This document shows positions 29,625-43,254 of a DNA stretch of 64,000 nucleotides, piece after piece. This stretch comes from Gonapodya sp. JEL0774. Taxonomy: Eukaryota. The stretch is from positions 1-64,000 of the forward strand of contig JADIIX010000071.1 of assembly GCA_027604505.1 (NCBI GenBank), read 5' to 3'. The position numbers and the translations under genes were made by a program. The first letter of the stretch is position 1, and each line of letters begins with the position of its first letter. The notes below the pieces were generated by a model. It was not told the origin of the DNA. It saw nothing but the letters and a program-made list of their open reading frames with translations, and ran no database searches.

Positions 29625-32600
29625 ATGATGGTCCATCCCAGGTGGCCCGCGCGTGTTGGAATTCATTTGCAGTCCACTCGCCGATGGAATTCGCGCTTTT
29701 TTCTGTGTGTGGTCGCCGCCGTTGTTCTTGTGGGACTCACCACCCAAGCACAGGCAGACGGTGATTCGACCGATCCCACCGCGGACGCCAACCTCTGCCA
29801 CTCGGATTCTCCACCGTACTCGTCCTTCCCTTCGCCAGGTGCTTCCATCCACGACTCGCATCGCATGGAGCACCAATCACTCTCCTCAAAGGATCTCATT
29901 CTGCCTGCGAACGATGATCCGGGTACGTTGTGAATTCCCTGCGATCCTTTTGTTGTTCTCTTTTGCCTTCTCTTTGCTCTCTTGTTTTAATTGAGTTTGG
30001 CGCTGATGCTTTTCTACATGATATCATGGCTCTCTCCGCTTCCTCAACTGCCCCCCCCCCCACACACACACAGTCGCACAACACCACGATCAAACAGACC
30101 CCACACATCTCTACCATTTACATCCACTTCCAGACTCTTCACTGGACCCGTCCTCTTGGACAGAAAACGTCCCTTCACATGATGCTCTCCACCTCGAACT
30201 GCACAACCCTGACGTCCTTCACCCCCCAAACTCCCCCGACGACGATTCCCTGTTCCCTGTCATGGATCAGCACTCTGATCCGTCCTACACACCCGCTTCC
30301 TCCATTGCATATACACCACCGCATCATCCGCCTCAAACAATTACTCAACCACTCACTCCCCACACGCACACCTCTGCGCCCTCTACTTCCTCCATCTCCC
30401 ATCCACCTGGTTTCCCAGACGGAGAGTGTATTGAGCTTGCTCTCAGTGCCGATGCCGATACCGACATACTGACGCACCTTGATACTGCCAAGGTCCCCTT
30501 CGAAGGCAGTGGGGGGAACGAGAACGAGAACTACGGAGCTGACAGAGACAATCGAGGTGACAGTGGAGATAGAGCTGATAGAGGTGATCAAGGTAGGTTT
30601 TTCTTCGCTTCTTTCAGACCTCGGGTTCGGAGTGTTGCGTGCGTGTGTGTGTGTCGGAGGTAATGGTTGGGTCAGTCATCGAATAAGGAACGAATGCAGT
30701 TTCGCCGAACTCATGTCATTTATCTGTGTGGAATGGAATTTGCCAGCGAGTTCTTGTAGAGGAGATACCCTGGCGGTGAACATGGGGGCGAATGCTACTC
30801 TCGATTTGTATTGTTTTTTGTTGTTTGTGGTGGTGTTGTGGGCACCGAATCGTTTCATTTTGTGTTGAGCCACAGGCTCAAAGTGGCACTGGTTGGGTAG
30901 ATGGGGAAGATCCATAGTTACGTTCATTCAAACTCTCATGTTCCGAACACCACTGACATCAGCAATATTTCCCTCAACTTCACTTGCGGTTCCTGACCAC
31001 ATCACATCCGAAGCCCCCACACTCTCCCCTTCACCTACTCCTCAACAAGATCCTACCAACCGTCCGCACCCCCCTATCATCCACCCCCTTCCCCCCTCTC
31101 ACTCCCCTCCCTACACTGGAAAAGAGCGTTTCAACTTTGCGTCTTACACCTGCGCCGCCGCCGTCCTCTCCTCCACCTCCACTTCTACCGGCTCGAGCGC
31201 CATCCTCAACGAAAACCGCGACGCCTACATGTTGAACCGGTGCGGTGACGGTGCGAGGGACCCGAGGAGCGTCGGAAAGGCCGGCGGAAAACCCCCGCTC
31301 TTTTACGTCGTGGTTGAGTTGTGCGAGGACATGTTCCTTGACACGCTCGTGCTGGCCAACCTCGAGTTCTTCTCCTCCACGTTCCGCGACGTGCGCGTGT
31401 ACCACGCCAAACGCTACCCTCCGCCAAACAACAGGTGGGACTTTGTCGCCCACTTACGCGCTCGCAACGCACGAGATGTGCAGGTTTTTCGCGTGCCGGG
31501 CGTCAAGACCTGGACGCGCTACGTGAGGCTGGAGGTCACGAGCCGACATGGGTTCGAGAGTTTGTGCCCGTTGACCTTGTTGAGGGTCCATGGTAGGCCC
31601 ATGACGGATGATTTTGCGGAGGAAGATGGGGAAGGTGCCGGGTCAGCAGGGGGCCCACAGGGGGTTTTGGTGCTCGGTGGCCAAGGCGTGCAAGGGGGAA
31701 GGAGAGGCAGCGGGGGGGACGAGGATGACGGGCGAAGCTCCAACTCCGGATCAGCATCTCTGGGCTCGCACGTGGAGCCCCCTTCCACGGGATTGAACCT
31801 CATGGACTCCATCGTCACTCCACCGTGGCCCGATCTAGAGCGGGAAATGGACATGGACTTTGGCGTGGTACCGGCTATGGGTGACGGTGGAAGTGGAGAC
31901 GTTGGCGAGTCATCCGCCCAAGCTGGTGGAGGAAAACCGCGTCCCTGGCTATCCTCACCCTACCCTCCGCGTGCACCTCGCCCGGCAGCAGCAATCGGCT
32001 CTGCAGCCTGGGACTCCGATTCCCCCCCTCAATTATCCACCGACAGCAACGGCCACAATCCTTTACCTGACCTCCGCCGACTCTTTGACGCTCGTTTTAA
32101 ACCCAAAACCCGCCCTTCACCACAAGGATCTTCTTCGGGGCCCTCCCCTTCCACGTCCGAGGATCATCTTGAGGCTTCCCCCATATCACCGTCCCCTTCC
32201 CCTTCCCCACCATCTGACCCTCCATCATCGCCATCTCCCGACCCCATTCACACATCCTCTGGTAGCGGCCAACTGCAGCAGCAAGGCGGAGGCCAAGAAG
32301 GCTACTTCCGCTCCATGCTCAAACGCATAGCGGCGCTCGAACGGAACACGACGATGCTTGTGGGTTTCTTGGAAGATCAGACTCATGCCATGACGAGATG
32401 GATGGGAGAGACGATTCGGCAGATGGAGGATGTAAGGGATGTGATGGATGCAGGATGGGCGGGGGTGGTGAGTAGCGCAGAAGCTGGAGATGTGATTGCC
32501 TTCTTTTAAAGTTGATGTTTTGATTTGGACGGGGGTCTTCTTCCCTTCTTGTATCATCATGGGCAACCGGGTGACCTCTTTGTAGAGCGATCGCCAGCAG

Positions 32601-33537
32601 AGTAGGGACGCAGTGGTGGATGCGAGGACAACAGTGTTGTCGGACCGAGTGAGTTAATCAAGAATAGGTTGTATCCGCCCGTGTGTGGGTAATCGAATTT
32701 CGCTGTTGATTTTTCTTTGTTTTCGAACCCGCGCTTGGCAACCCCATCTCACAGCTCGATCGCCTCGAATATCTACTTTACGTGGTCATTGCTGTGCTCA
32801 CTGCTATCCTCACCCGCGGAGTCTTGATCGACTCACCGTCGTCGGCGCCGTGGTTTTCCAGGAGTAGTGGTAACGTGGCGAGCGGTGCAAGGTTGGGCGG
32901 TGTGGGAGATTCTCACTTGACTACATCGGAAAACGTGGTTGGCACTGCTGTGCCCACCAGGGCCCGGGAAACCGGAATTTTGGACGCGCGTGGTGGGAGT
33001 GGCAATCGCCAGCACTTACATTTGTTGTCTTCGGCTGCGCTGACAGGTCAGGAAGACCCACTCCACTCACCTACTCAACCCGGCCGGAAGCGTCGCCGAC
33101 GAGCCACGTCGCCTAAGCAGATGGCGAGGTTTTCTCCGGTGAGGAATGTAAGACTGGCGAGCTTTCGAACCGGTGTCTTTCATGAGACGATTGTGGAGGA
33201 AGGGGAGCGAGGAGATGTGGAGGTGGAGTCGGTGGAAAGTGGAGTGATCGCGATGGAGGGAGAGCAACGTGATGTAACACCCGACGCTGGAAAGCCGGAA
33301 CGGGAGCGGGAACGCGTTGTGGGGGATGTTCAAGATTTGAATACGGGACTCCGGAATGCGGAGCGACGGGACGAGTGGACTGTCCCTACAATTTCTCGTG
33401 ACGAACACCATGAGTACACTGGGGTGGTTGGAGCTGGTGTTCCTGACACTGCTGATCCGGAGCTCATGAATGTGGAAACATTCGATTTTGCAGACTCAGC
33501 ATGGACAGATGATCTGCCACTTACAACTGAGCAGTAA
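29625..33537 (+). CDS. SLP1: Mid-SUN domain ER membrane protein (Slp1/SUCO family), multi-exon
   Basis: N-terminal hydrophobic signal; RFNFASYTCAA, AILNENRDAYMLNRC, VELCEDMFLDTLVLANLEFFSSTFRD; coiled coil MLKRIAALERNTT; late TM segment. Confidence 0.88.
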
Positions 33538-33645
33538 CATTAGATATTTTGGGGGTAATCATTCGAATCGTAATACCATACAATTACGAGTATCATCTAC
33601 ATTGCATCTGTACATTTGTGTGAAAGAAGAAATTTAATGTATCAA

Positions 33646-35887
33646 TCAGAAGAGCGCCATCAGCAACTCAAAGAGTCCTTTGGCTTTTCCCCACAATGTA
33701 GGTCGATACATCATGTCGTTCAGGGCAATTACAAAGGCCGGGCCAGTTGGTTTTACGGGGTATTGAAGGGGAGGCGGGATTCCCGTGCGCACACCGGGTA
33801 TCCTTTTTGGCGGCGCGGTAGAAAAAAGGTGCTGTGAGCAGACCCTTAATCACGTGAGGAGACCTGAAGAGCTTTGACTCACCAGTCACTGGTGGTTGAC
33901 CTCGCCCAACATTGGCCTCGGAGACCCTCGACACCCGCGAATCTATCAAATCCACTTGCGCCAACACCCCCAAATGGCAGACTTTGGCAGAGATAATTGA
34001 TTGCGAAATCATTGAGGTTGCTCATGCCTGTGCGCAGTCCTTGCATGAGTGCATGTCCTCTACGAAGGTTCAATGTGAACACCGCACTGTCCAAACCGAA
34101 GGGGCTGGAATTTGCAAGAGTAAGTGCCTCCGCATCCGTTTTGAACTTCATCACGACCGCTACAGGACCAAACACTTCGGTTTGAGCGATATCCATTGCA
34201 GGTGTGACGTCTACGAGGAGAGTCGGCTGGTAGTATTGGCCCTTTGGGTACTTCGGGTGGACGTATCGGCGGCCACCGACAAGAAGGCGAGCGCCCTTTT
34301 GAACCGCGTCATCGATCAGGGGTTGGATGTTCGTCTGTGTTTTAAAAACAAGGACATTGTGGAAGATTTGTTTTTGTGAATCGGGTTGCATCCAACTCAC
34401 AAAAGATGACATTGTCATGGCACCACAATCCACGTCTTCTTCCAGTGGTGCCCCCATGCGAATACCTTGAACACGTTTCTCCAGGTCGGCGACAAGTTTG
34501 TCGTAAATTTTTTCGTGTGCGATAATGCGTTCAATTCCTTGACGATGGAAAACCATATCCTTGGTGACGGAAGGTCGTGATCCAGTCCACATTGCACTTA
34601 CCGATACAATTTTGCCCGCAGTTCTGGAATACACCTCTCATCAACACCGGCACCACCTGTCCGTAATCAGCATCCTCGCAAACGATGGCACAATCCTTCC
34701 CACCCAACTCTAGGACCACCGGCGTGAGCGTTTCACTGGCATGCTTCATCACCGCTTTCCCAACGGTGGTGCTGCCGATAAACAGCACCTTGTCGCATCG
34801 TTCGACAACGGCCTCACCTGCCTCCTGGAAGCCGTTGACAAACTGAATAATGCGTGGGTCACAACCATTTGCCACGATGGCGGCACGTATCGCGCCCTCC
34901 CAGTATTTTGAGGACCAAGCAACCCATTCCGAAGATTTAATGACCGCAGCGTTTCCACACATTAATGAAGTGATAATGGGCCCAAATGTCTATGTATTAG
35001 TGGGATCAATTTGTTCGGTGTCAGCTTGTGTACTGGAATTGTTGCCAAAGACACTCACATTGTGGAAGGGGTAATTCCAACTAACAATGGCACCAAAAAC
35101 TCCCACTGGCACAAAATCCAAACGCGCCCTTTTGTGAACAGTCATTGGCCCAACATCACGAAACTCTGGTGCCAAGTACTTCTCCCCATTCTTGATTGTC
35201 CAGCGAAGTTTCTCCAGAGTCGTGATGACTTCTCCGAATCCAGCATCAACCACTGCCATTTATTGAGCGTACAGTTAGGACGGATCCAAAAAGTCATATG
35301 AGCGCTCTCACTCACTTGTTTTGCCTGAGTCACGGCATGCTACACGCGAAATTTCTTCCTGGTTGGTCACACACCACTCCAAAAGTGTTCGTAAAATCGC
35401 CCTCCTCGTTTCGAAACTCGTCTTGGCGTAACTTTTTTGTGCCTCTCTCGCTTCATCAATTCGTTCGTATACTTCCACTCTGGTAAGTGCGTGGACCTTC
35501 CCGAGAAATCGGCCAGTCGTGGGCTCGTAACAGACTATAGTGTTTGGATCCTTCAAGTCCTGTCAGGTCCCGATTGGATCACAAACATGTGAGCTTGCGG
35601 ACTCAAAGATCCCCTTTCACGTGATCCACACATACTCGAATGTTGGGAGCCTCTAGCACATTATCCGACATCCAGGTCAAATCAGCCTCTACGTGAATCA
35701 GTTGTGGGATAAAACAAAATTTGGATTCAATCGTTTTAACTCGCCACTGTCATCCCTGATTATCGGACGTCCACTCACCTGGAGGGGTGTTGACCTTGAT
35801 TTTCTGAACCGGGTTCGGGCTCAACACATACGATGTGACGATAGAGATCACGAGTACAGCTACAACGATGCCGACGATCTCTTCCAT
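33646..35887 (-). CDS. Aldehyde dehydrogenase with N-terminal TM anchor (MSC7/ALDH22-like), multi-exon
   Basis: IVSWNYPFHN, FIGSTTVGK, LELGGKD, FQNCGQNCIG, EVFGPV, YLCQSLPFGGV, tail IPPPLQYPV. Confidence 0.9.
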
Positions 35888-36043
35888 TCTTCGAATGTTC
35901 CCTGAAAAGGTTCAATTGTACTTGTAGTTTGGGTCTTCACCTTCACATTCATACCACAGCACGCCACCAGATGCTTCGCCCACGTGACCACAGGTCTATC
36001 TAGATCTCAAATTACATATAATTGAATTGATAAAGTATGCATC

Positions 36044-37412
36044 CTACTCAAGCTTCTTTGAAACAGCTGCCTCTGTCGCAACTTTTGCTTTCCATTGGTT
36101 GTACGCTTTAGAAAAAGTGGATGTAATTGATGAACAGACCGCACACGTCAACTGTGCTTCCCAATTGACTTACAAGCATCCGTTCCAAATGCCCAGTCCC
36201 ACCAGCGGAAAGTGGATGAATAATTTCCGAGAAAATTCTTATGAAGAACGTGGGCGTAAATGGCACGTTCCTTTTACGACTATCAACAAGAAATGCATAC
36301 GTACCATGTGATGGAAATCGTGGAAATCACCACCTGAAACACAATATCGCGTTCGCAGTTAATGAGGTATTTTGAGGAGATCCACAAGAGTACTTACCAC
36401 CGACAAATGGAAGGAAATGACGCAACGACCATGGAAAGTCGTATCCCGAGTGGGCATCGATTTCCTGCGCAATCCGCACCGAGATCCACAGAAAAACGCT
36501 CATAATGTGAAGGTCATTGGTGGCCACAACCCACAAGAGCGGGCCGCCGATTGTTCCAAGTCCAAGAATAAGGGTCTCCAATGGGTGTGCGTATTCTCCC
36601 ACGATGGCAAATGGTGCGGTAAACTCGTGATGAACTTTGTGAATGCGTTTGTACAGGTAAGGCTGGTGTAAGAGGGAGTGTACACAGTAGTGGTAGAAGT
36701 CCTCAAACACCAAGAAGAATGCAAGCTGCATCAGCATGGTGGACCTTGCACGAGTGGGGACGGCAGAGACGAAGATTGTAGAGCTTTCGTTAGCGAACCC
36801 GCAACGAGAAAAACTCACAGAGGCGGAAAAGCTTCCGTGATTCGCATTCCAAACAACTTTGCGAGGGGGTGGAACGCAATCTCGAGAGGCAGCTGATAAT
36901 GATATAGCCCATAAAACCATGTAGGCCATTAATAAAGATTGACTGTCAAAAGTTACCTGGATGCAAAACTGGCTGAACAACAGATACCTTTGGGGACAAC
37001 AGATCAAGCTGATGAACATGTCGACATTTGGACGCAGAGCTTACCGCAGACATTTCCAGTAATTTTCCGTGGTATTAGGTTTATTCCTTTGGATTTTGTA
37101 CTGTTGCATCGCCGGGATGAAATCGCAGGCAAAGTAGGGCAAAGCTCTGAGATACCAAGCGGAATCAATCAAAAGGGCTGAGTGAGTCGACGGGCATGAA
37201 AAACTTACGCCAAGAAGTAGGTAACCTAAATCAACAAACGAAAAGAATCTTAGAGTGATGAAACGCGGATGGAAGTCACAGAAAGGCTCTTTGCTCACTT
37301 GGTGCATTACGAACGCAGCAACGGTCAAAACGATCAACTCATTCCGGCCCACATAGAGAGATTGCCACCAGCCCTCTAGCCCACGGTATTGTCTCTCGAT
37401 GAAGACATCCAT
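36044..37412 (-). CDS. ERG25: C-4 methylsterol oxidase, multi-exon
   Basis: His boxes in EDFYHYCVHSLLH, YKRIHKVHHEF, EYAHPLE, DAHSGYDFPWSL and DFHDFHH. Confidence 0.92.
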
Positions 37413-37635
37413 TTCGATTCAATGTGACGAAGGGTACGAGAATTGCTCAAACAGCTGGTGAGTGACTCAATGAGAACAGTGTGTCGAGCTTCGCTTCGCC
37501 CACCACAGGGAAGAAGGGTTTTGCCTCAACATTTCACCCAAACACTCTATTGTACACTGGGGAATGAAATAAAATCTTTAATTATTTACAAGCACATATA
37601 GTGTCATAGACAGGCGAAAGCTATCAAGCGAGGTG

Positions 37636-38330
37636 TCAGCCAGCAGTGCCATTTATTAGACGGACAAATCGCAAAACATTTGAGTCGAATAGCTCTGCTC
37701 TGATGGGCATTTCAGGGTTTGTGAAGGGATTTTTCATCACAAAATCTGAATCTGCCAACGGAGCAGAAGAGAGACAGGAAACCCCTCAGATTCCAAGTGG
37801 GATGTCTCTCCGCAGTAAGGGTGCACTTACATATTTCGTAGAGCCGTCGCAGAATAGTGTCAACCGATATTTGAGCAGAATCGGCGATCAGAATGAACTT
37901 GGCGCCTTCGTGTATTGTGAAAATCGTGGGCAATTAGTGCATCCCCCATTGACAGAGAAACTCACCCTCACTCACCTGTTGGTGTCTGATAGCAATGAAG
38001 TTTAAAAGAATCGGTTTCCAGAACTTCCAGACCGGAGGATCCTGGAACTGGAGATATGTTCCGTGTAATGGCGTGGATTCTGGAGCAAAGTTGAACTTCA
38101 AGATTACCGCTTCCCACCACATCTTCGCCACTCTCACCCATGAAGTGTCCCTGCAAGGACTAGGTATTCATTATTGCTTAGTCGTTGGAGAGAATCTGTG
38201 TAGTCCTTATTGTACACCAGACCCCCAGCCTTGTCATGTCCCCGGGATATGAATCGTAAACGTATTGCATATCCTCGTCTGCTATGTCACCGAATCTCAC
38301 TTTATTGATGATGTAAATCGAATGGATCAT
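37636..38330 (-). CDS. TRS23: TRAPP complex subunit Trs23/TRAPPC4 (sybindin family), multi-exon
   Basis: MIHSIYIINK|AGGLVYNKDY...LSNNEYLVLAGTLHG|IHAI...SSGLEVLETDSFKLHCYQTPTG|AKFI...DFVMKNPF...MPIRAELFD. Confidence 0.93.
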
Positions 38331-38501
38331 TGGGCGGCGGTGCAGAATTGAACTGCCCACCCTTCACATTCTGGGGAAAGAGCCGAGCGGCAAAAATTCA
38401 GTTCATTTGTCCAAATCCACCAACTCCTCCGAAACGTATAGTTATTACAAACCTAACAAATCATTTAATATAGGATTGGTTCAAGTAAATTACAAAACAT
38501 T

Positions 38502-40252
38502 TCATTGACAATGACTCCTTTCAAGAAGGCCCTTAAGAGTCCGAATCTCCATCTCCAGCTCCATAACTTGAACTTCCAAAGTCGAATTCTCTGTAGAAAG
38601 AACCTCGAGTCCCATTTCCATATCAGATAATCTGTTCTTGCGCTTCTGACGACATTTCGATGCAGCTGAGAACAAATGATACCAATATTCAGAAGAGGGA
38701 CAGATTGAATAAGATTCTGCACTCGTTGCTCACCTTCTCTGTTCTTCTCCAAAGCAATCCGGCGCTTCTCCTCTGCGCTCAGTGCCGCGGCTGCACTTTT
38801 CTTCTTGGTCGGCCGCTGCTGTTCGATATTATCTTCGAGCTCTACAACCCTTTTCCGTGAAGCTGGTCCGCCGTTAGGCTTGTTCGGTTTCAGGGGACGA
38901 ACTGGACCGGTTAGAGTATCTGAGAAGCCGGATGAGCTTCCAGTCGATAGAGCTGATTCAGCCGATGCAGCTGATGGGCCAATGGAACGGGTGGTCGCCT
39001 TATGGTCTCGAGAAAGAGGAGGTGGGGCATCTGAGCTCGATTCATCGATAGCGCCGGGTGCAGATTGAGCTTGCTGCAGTTCGGAACTTGAAAGCGCGAT
39101 ATTTCCCCTATAGGGAGAAGGAACACGCGACGAACCCCATGTAGACAATGCCTGTGTGCCATCAAACCCGACCGCGCTGACGATGGATTCGACATTAATA
39201 GAGACAGGCGCTGGGTGTGAATTTTCAACAATGCCAACAGTCGGCCCCATCGCCGAGATCCAAGATGCGTACTGTCCGAAATCGTGCTCCGAATGAGAAG
39301 TTTGATGTGATGTGGAGCCGACAGGTTGATCAAGCGTCATTTGGACTCCATTTGAGGAAAAGCTTTTGTCGGTGGTGGGTTGGAGAGGAAGGGCGGGATT
39401 AGCGGGGAGGAGGGAAGTACTAATTGGGAAATAGATCTGTCCTGTCCCGGTGGCACTATGTTGCAACATGCCAGGTTGAGTGGCAATTGTTTGAATGCGA
39501 TAGTCCACAATTCCGGGTGCAGAAGAGTCGGCGGACTGCATAGCTGCTCCAGCTTCGACCGCGGTGCCAGGCGGCACACGGACTGAGGATCCTGGAACTC
39601 TGATAATCTGGAATGACGACGTCAACTCTTGCGGGGGTGATTGTTCCACCACCGGGTAACTAGAGAGCTGGAGACAGGACGCCTGGCTCGGTGGTGCGAA
39701 GTGATTTTGCTGTTGCTTGAACGGATACGGTCCGTTCACAGTTTTCAATAGATGGGTTATCGCACCCACGGACGATAGAACACCATTTCGAATGTTTGTA
39801 TGCACCGATGAGCTCTCGAACCTTGGATCTAGATCAGGATGCGAGAGAGGCATCTGCATATCCAAGTTCTGGACAGCACTCTGAAGTTCGAAAGTTTGTT
39901 GCTTCATGCCTGCATCGGTTTCATGTGTCGGATTGAGTAGAGCATTGATGGGGCTCAGTCGAGGTGCAGCAGACGGCTGGTAGCCCTCAACTGTTTTGGG
40001 GAGCGAAGAGATGATGTCGGATTCGTCGGTGTGGACCAGTCCCATTACCGAGACCCCACCACGGGCAGACACCGATTCAGGAGCAATTGGAGCCAGTTTC
40101 TGTCCAAATTGGTCATCAAAAACATTATGCTCCGCTTCCAATGAGTGATTGTTGTGGATTGTCGCAGAGAGTGATTGAGTGAGCAAGAGGCCCGTGGGCA
40201 TATCCAAAAGTGAATGCATTGAGGGTTGTGAAGACCAGGAGACCGTGGTCAT
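38502..40252 (-). CDS. bZIP transcription factor (ATF/CREB-like)
   Basis: Long S/P/Q-rich region, then EEKRRIALEKNR[intron]AASKCRQKRKNRLSDMEMGLEVLSTENSTLEVQVMELEMEIRTLKGLL (basic region plus zipper). Confidence 0.87.
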
Positions 40253-40965
40253 TTTCGGGAAGCCTTTAATGACATACGAAAATAAGTAATCAGCCAGGTT
40301 CTTGGATGTGATGCAGCGCACCTGTTGCTGGGGCAGAATGATTGCGTTGAAAGGAGTGGAGGTTTGGCAAGAAGTGGTAAAGGATCCGCTAAGAGAATCT
40401 CCACGATCGGATTCTTGGAAACTGTGGAAGAAGTCGTCGGAAGCAACTCAAATGAATGCCAAGGGAGATTGTGCCCCCAATGAAGGTGGATCGTGGAGTC
40501 CGGCTGCGGAAGTCTAAAGAATAATGTGCACGACAACGATTCGTGTCTGCGATATGCTGCGTATAGAATGGGGTGCAGTAAAGGAGAATCCAGGGGTGTG
40601 CTGTTTCACTCCCTGCGTGATGTAATCATGATGGACTAATAATTATGGGGAAAACCGTTTTATCCGATGACATCATTGATGCTTTCCCTCCTTCCGAACA
40701 CTGGGAAGTTTTCTTTATAACTGTATCAACATCCAAAACAATTAGAAAATGCAGAGCCGGCAGGATTGAAATTGGCTTGCCATCACAGTTCCACAGTGGC
40801 TCGAAAATTAATTAGTCTTCCCTTCTTTTGTCCATCCCGTCTGTCCACCCACATCGAAGCTTGTTGTTGGGATCCATACTATACTTCTTTGGTATGATGA
40901 TCCCGTTACCAACCCATATTATTTGCTTCTTTATTTAAGTATTTATCGCTGTGTATTCCTTTCAC

Positions 40966-43086
40966 TCACTTCTTTCCAACGTTGAGCCTAAAACCGCTCG
41001 CGAACCCTTCCTTACTTTCGAAGTCAAAAATTGAGGGTCCCTTGCTCCCAGCGGAGGGTTCCACACCTGTGACAGTTCCTGCACCCGCTGAGTAAATTTC
41101 GCCCTCGCCAACTTCACGAGCACTATGGTGTGCATGTGGAGCGGTGGGAGAGTGTGCTTTCTTGCGTTCGCCTGCCCAACCACGGAGTCCACAGATCATA
41201 TCCCAATCACGAGAAGAGGATGACGCAAGCTAAAATGATCACCCACCGCTCGCCACCGATGGCCAACTGGGAAACAACTTTGGATCCTTGGGTGCCGGAT
41301 CCTCCAAGAACCACGGATGTCGCATTGCATCCTCTGCAGTGATCCGTCGAGCGGGATCGTAGCATAGCATTGATGCAAGGAGATCAAGGCCCGATTGAGT
41401 TAAGTAAGGGAACTTTCGACGAAGGGAAGATTGGGGAACATGCGTGAAATTAATAGTGCGCGCATTCGGGAGAGATGTCCAAGAAGGCCAAATACTTTCA
41501 TCCGGGGAACCGAGAAGAGCAAAGATCTGATCGATTGCAGAGTGAAATGTTTGATCAGATGTCAGGGACGGCTAGCATACAAACGCGCAACTCTTCCCAA
41601 ACCTTGCTGATCTGATCAATTTCTCCTCGTCCGGGCATCAACGCCTCATTATTAATCAGCTCCCCAAAAATACACCCTATACTCCAAATGTCGATAGCTG
41701 GTGTGTAGTTTTCCTCGCCCAGGAGAAGCTCTGGGGCGCGGTACCAAAGAGTGACAACCAACTGAGTCAAATTGACGGGAGGGTCGCCATAAGCGCGAGC
41801 GAGACCGAAGTCCGCAATTTTGACATGACCGGTGTTGGTCATGAGCAGGTTAGAGGTTTTTCTTTGCCAGGAAATGTGTGCAGAGAAGATAATGAATTGG
41901 TGACACAACACGAATAGAAGTTCAACTCAACTAACAAATCTCTATGTATAATCCACAAATCATGCAAAAGCTTCACTCCAGAAAGAAGCTGCAACATCAG
42001 AGTTTTGACCTCGGAGACAAGGAACGCGGTATTACGAGCACGCATCGTCTCCATGAGTGTCTTGAGATCGTGAGGGATGAATTCCATTACCATGAAGATG
42101 CTACAGGGGAAACCTTTAATGTGTGCGTGCTGTGAGCAAGAGATTGCTGTAAGCCCAAAGTACTCACTTGTTTAAGGACTCGCCCACAACAATTTCCTTC
42201 ACATTTACGATGTTTGGATGCTTTGCCATCAGCAAGCACTGTATCTCTCTCAAGCTCGTCACCGGGAAACCGCTCCTCTCGTTCTCGAGCTTCAGTTTCT
42301 TGAGAGCAACGATCTCTCCTGAGAGCTTGTCTCGGGCACGGTACACGACACCGTAAGAGCCCTCGGCGATGCGGTTCAGTTTTTCGTATGAGTCAACGGA
42401 GCGACAGGGCACGAGACTCGGAAACAGGAGATTGCGGGGAACGGGTCGAGGATTCCGTGCCATCTTCAGGGATAGTCGCAGTGCAGAGGCCTGCAGTTCT
42501 CCAGACGTCTAAGATGGGAATTATTCACTGACAAATTGCATCAATTATATCGTGCATATTGTTCTGCGAGGGACCCTTCAGGACCCTCCAAACTCACAGT
42601 AGGTGAATTATTCGGCCTAGGTGACACCTCGAGGGTCGGAGTTTGCGCTCTTTGAAGAGCCTCGACTTTCGAAGTGCTTGAGCTTTCGTTGAATTGGGAA
42701 GTGAGGGGGTTCCGACTGTCGCCACCGCCTTCCGAGGATGCAGCAGCGGGATCGCCGACAGCGTCCGAACGTTTTTTCTTGTCCTTGTCGCGTACCTTCA
42801 CCTTCTTCTTCCTTTTTCGCGGTCGACTATTGTCTTCACCAGTGTCATCGTCGTCCGTGTCCCATTTTGATTTTCGGCTTCCAGACTTCCCTGCAGTGTC
42901 ACCTTCAACCATTGCACCGTACTCTTGTGTACTAGACAAGCGTTGCTGCTCTACGATCACCAGATCCTCCGCCCGTTCCTCGTCACTCTGTCCGCGAAAG
43001 TAACGATCTAGGTCCTCGTCATCAAGTTCCTCGAGTGGTCGCTGGGGTCCAAATACATCATCGCCGTTGTTGCTCAGAGCTTCCAT
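40966..43086 (-). CDS. CDK11/CDK10 (PITSLRE-type) cyclin-dependent kinase, multi-exon
   Basis: [79 protein letters not shown]; charged N-terminus. Confidence 0.92.
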
Positions 43087-43254
43087 TTCCAAGCGATTGA
43101 GTAGCTTTTTCTTCACTATCCCCGATGTTTGTTTACCGGCAGTCCCGCACTGTACAAACCGAGCCAAAAGAGGGTTGGCATCACAAACATAAATAAATTA
43201 TAAGTGCTATACACATATAGAGCCTTGTTTTATCTTCGTCCGTGCCGGTTAGTC

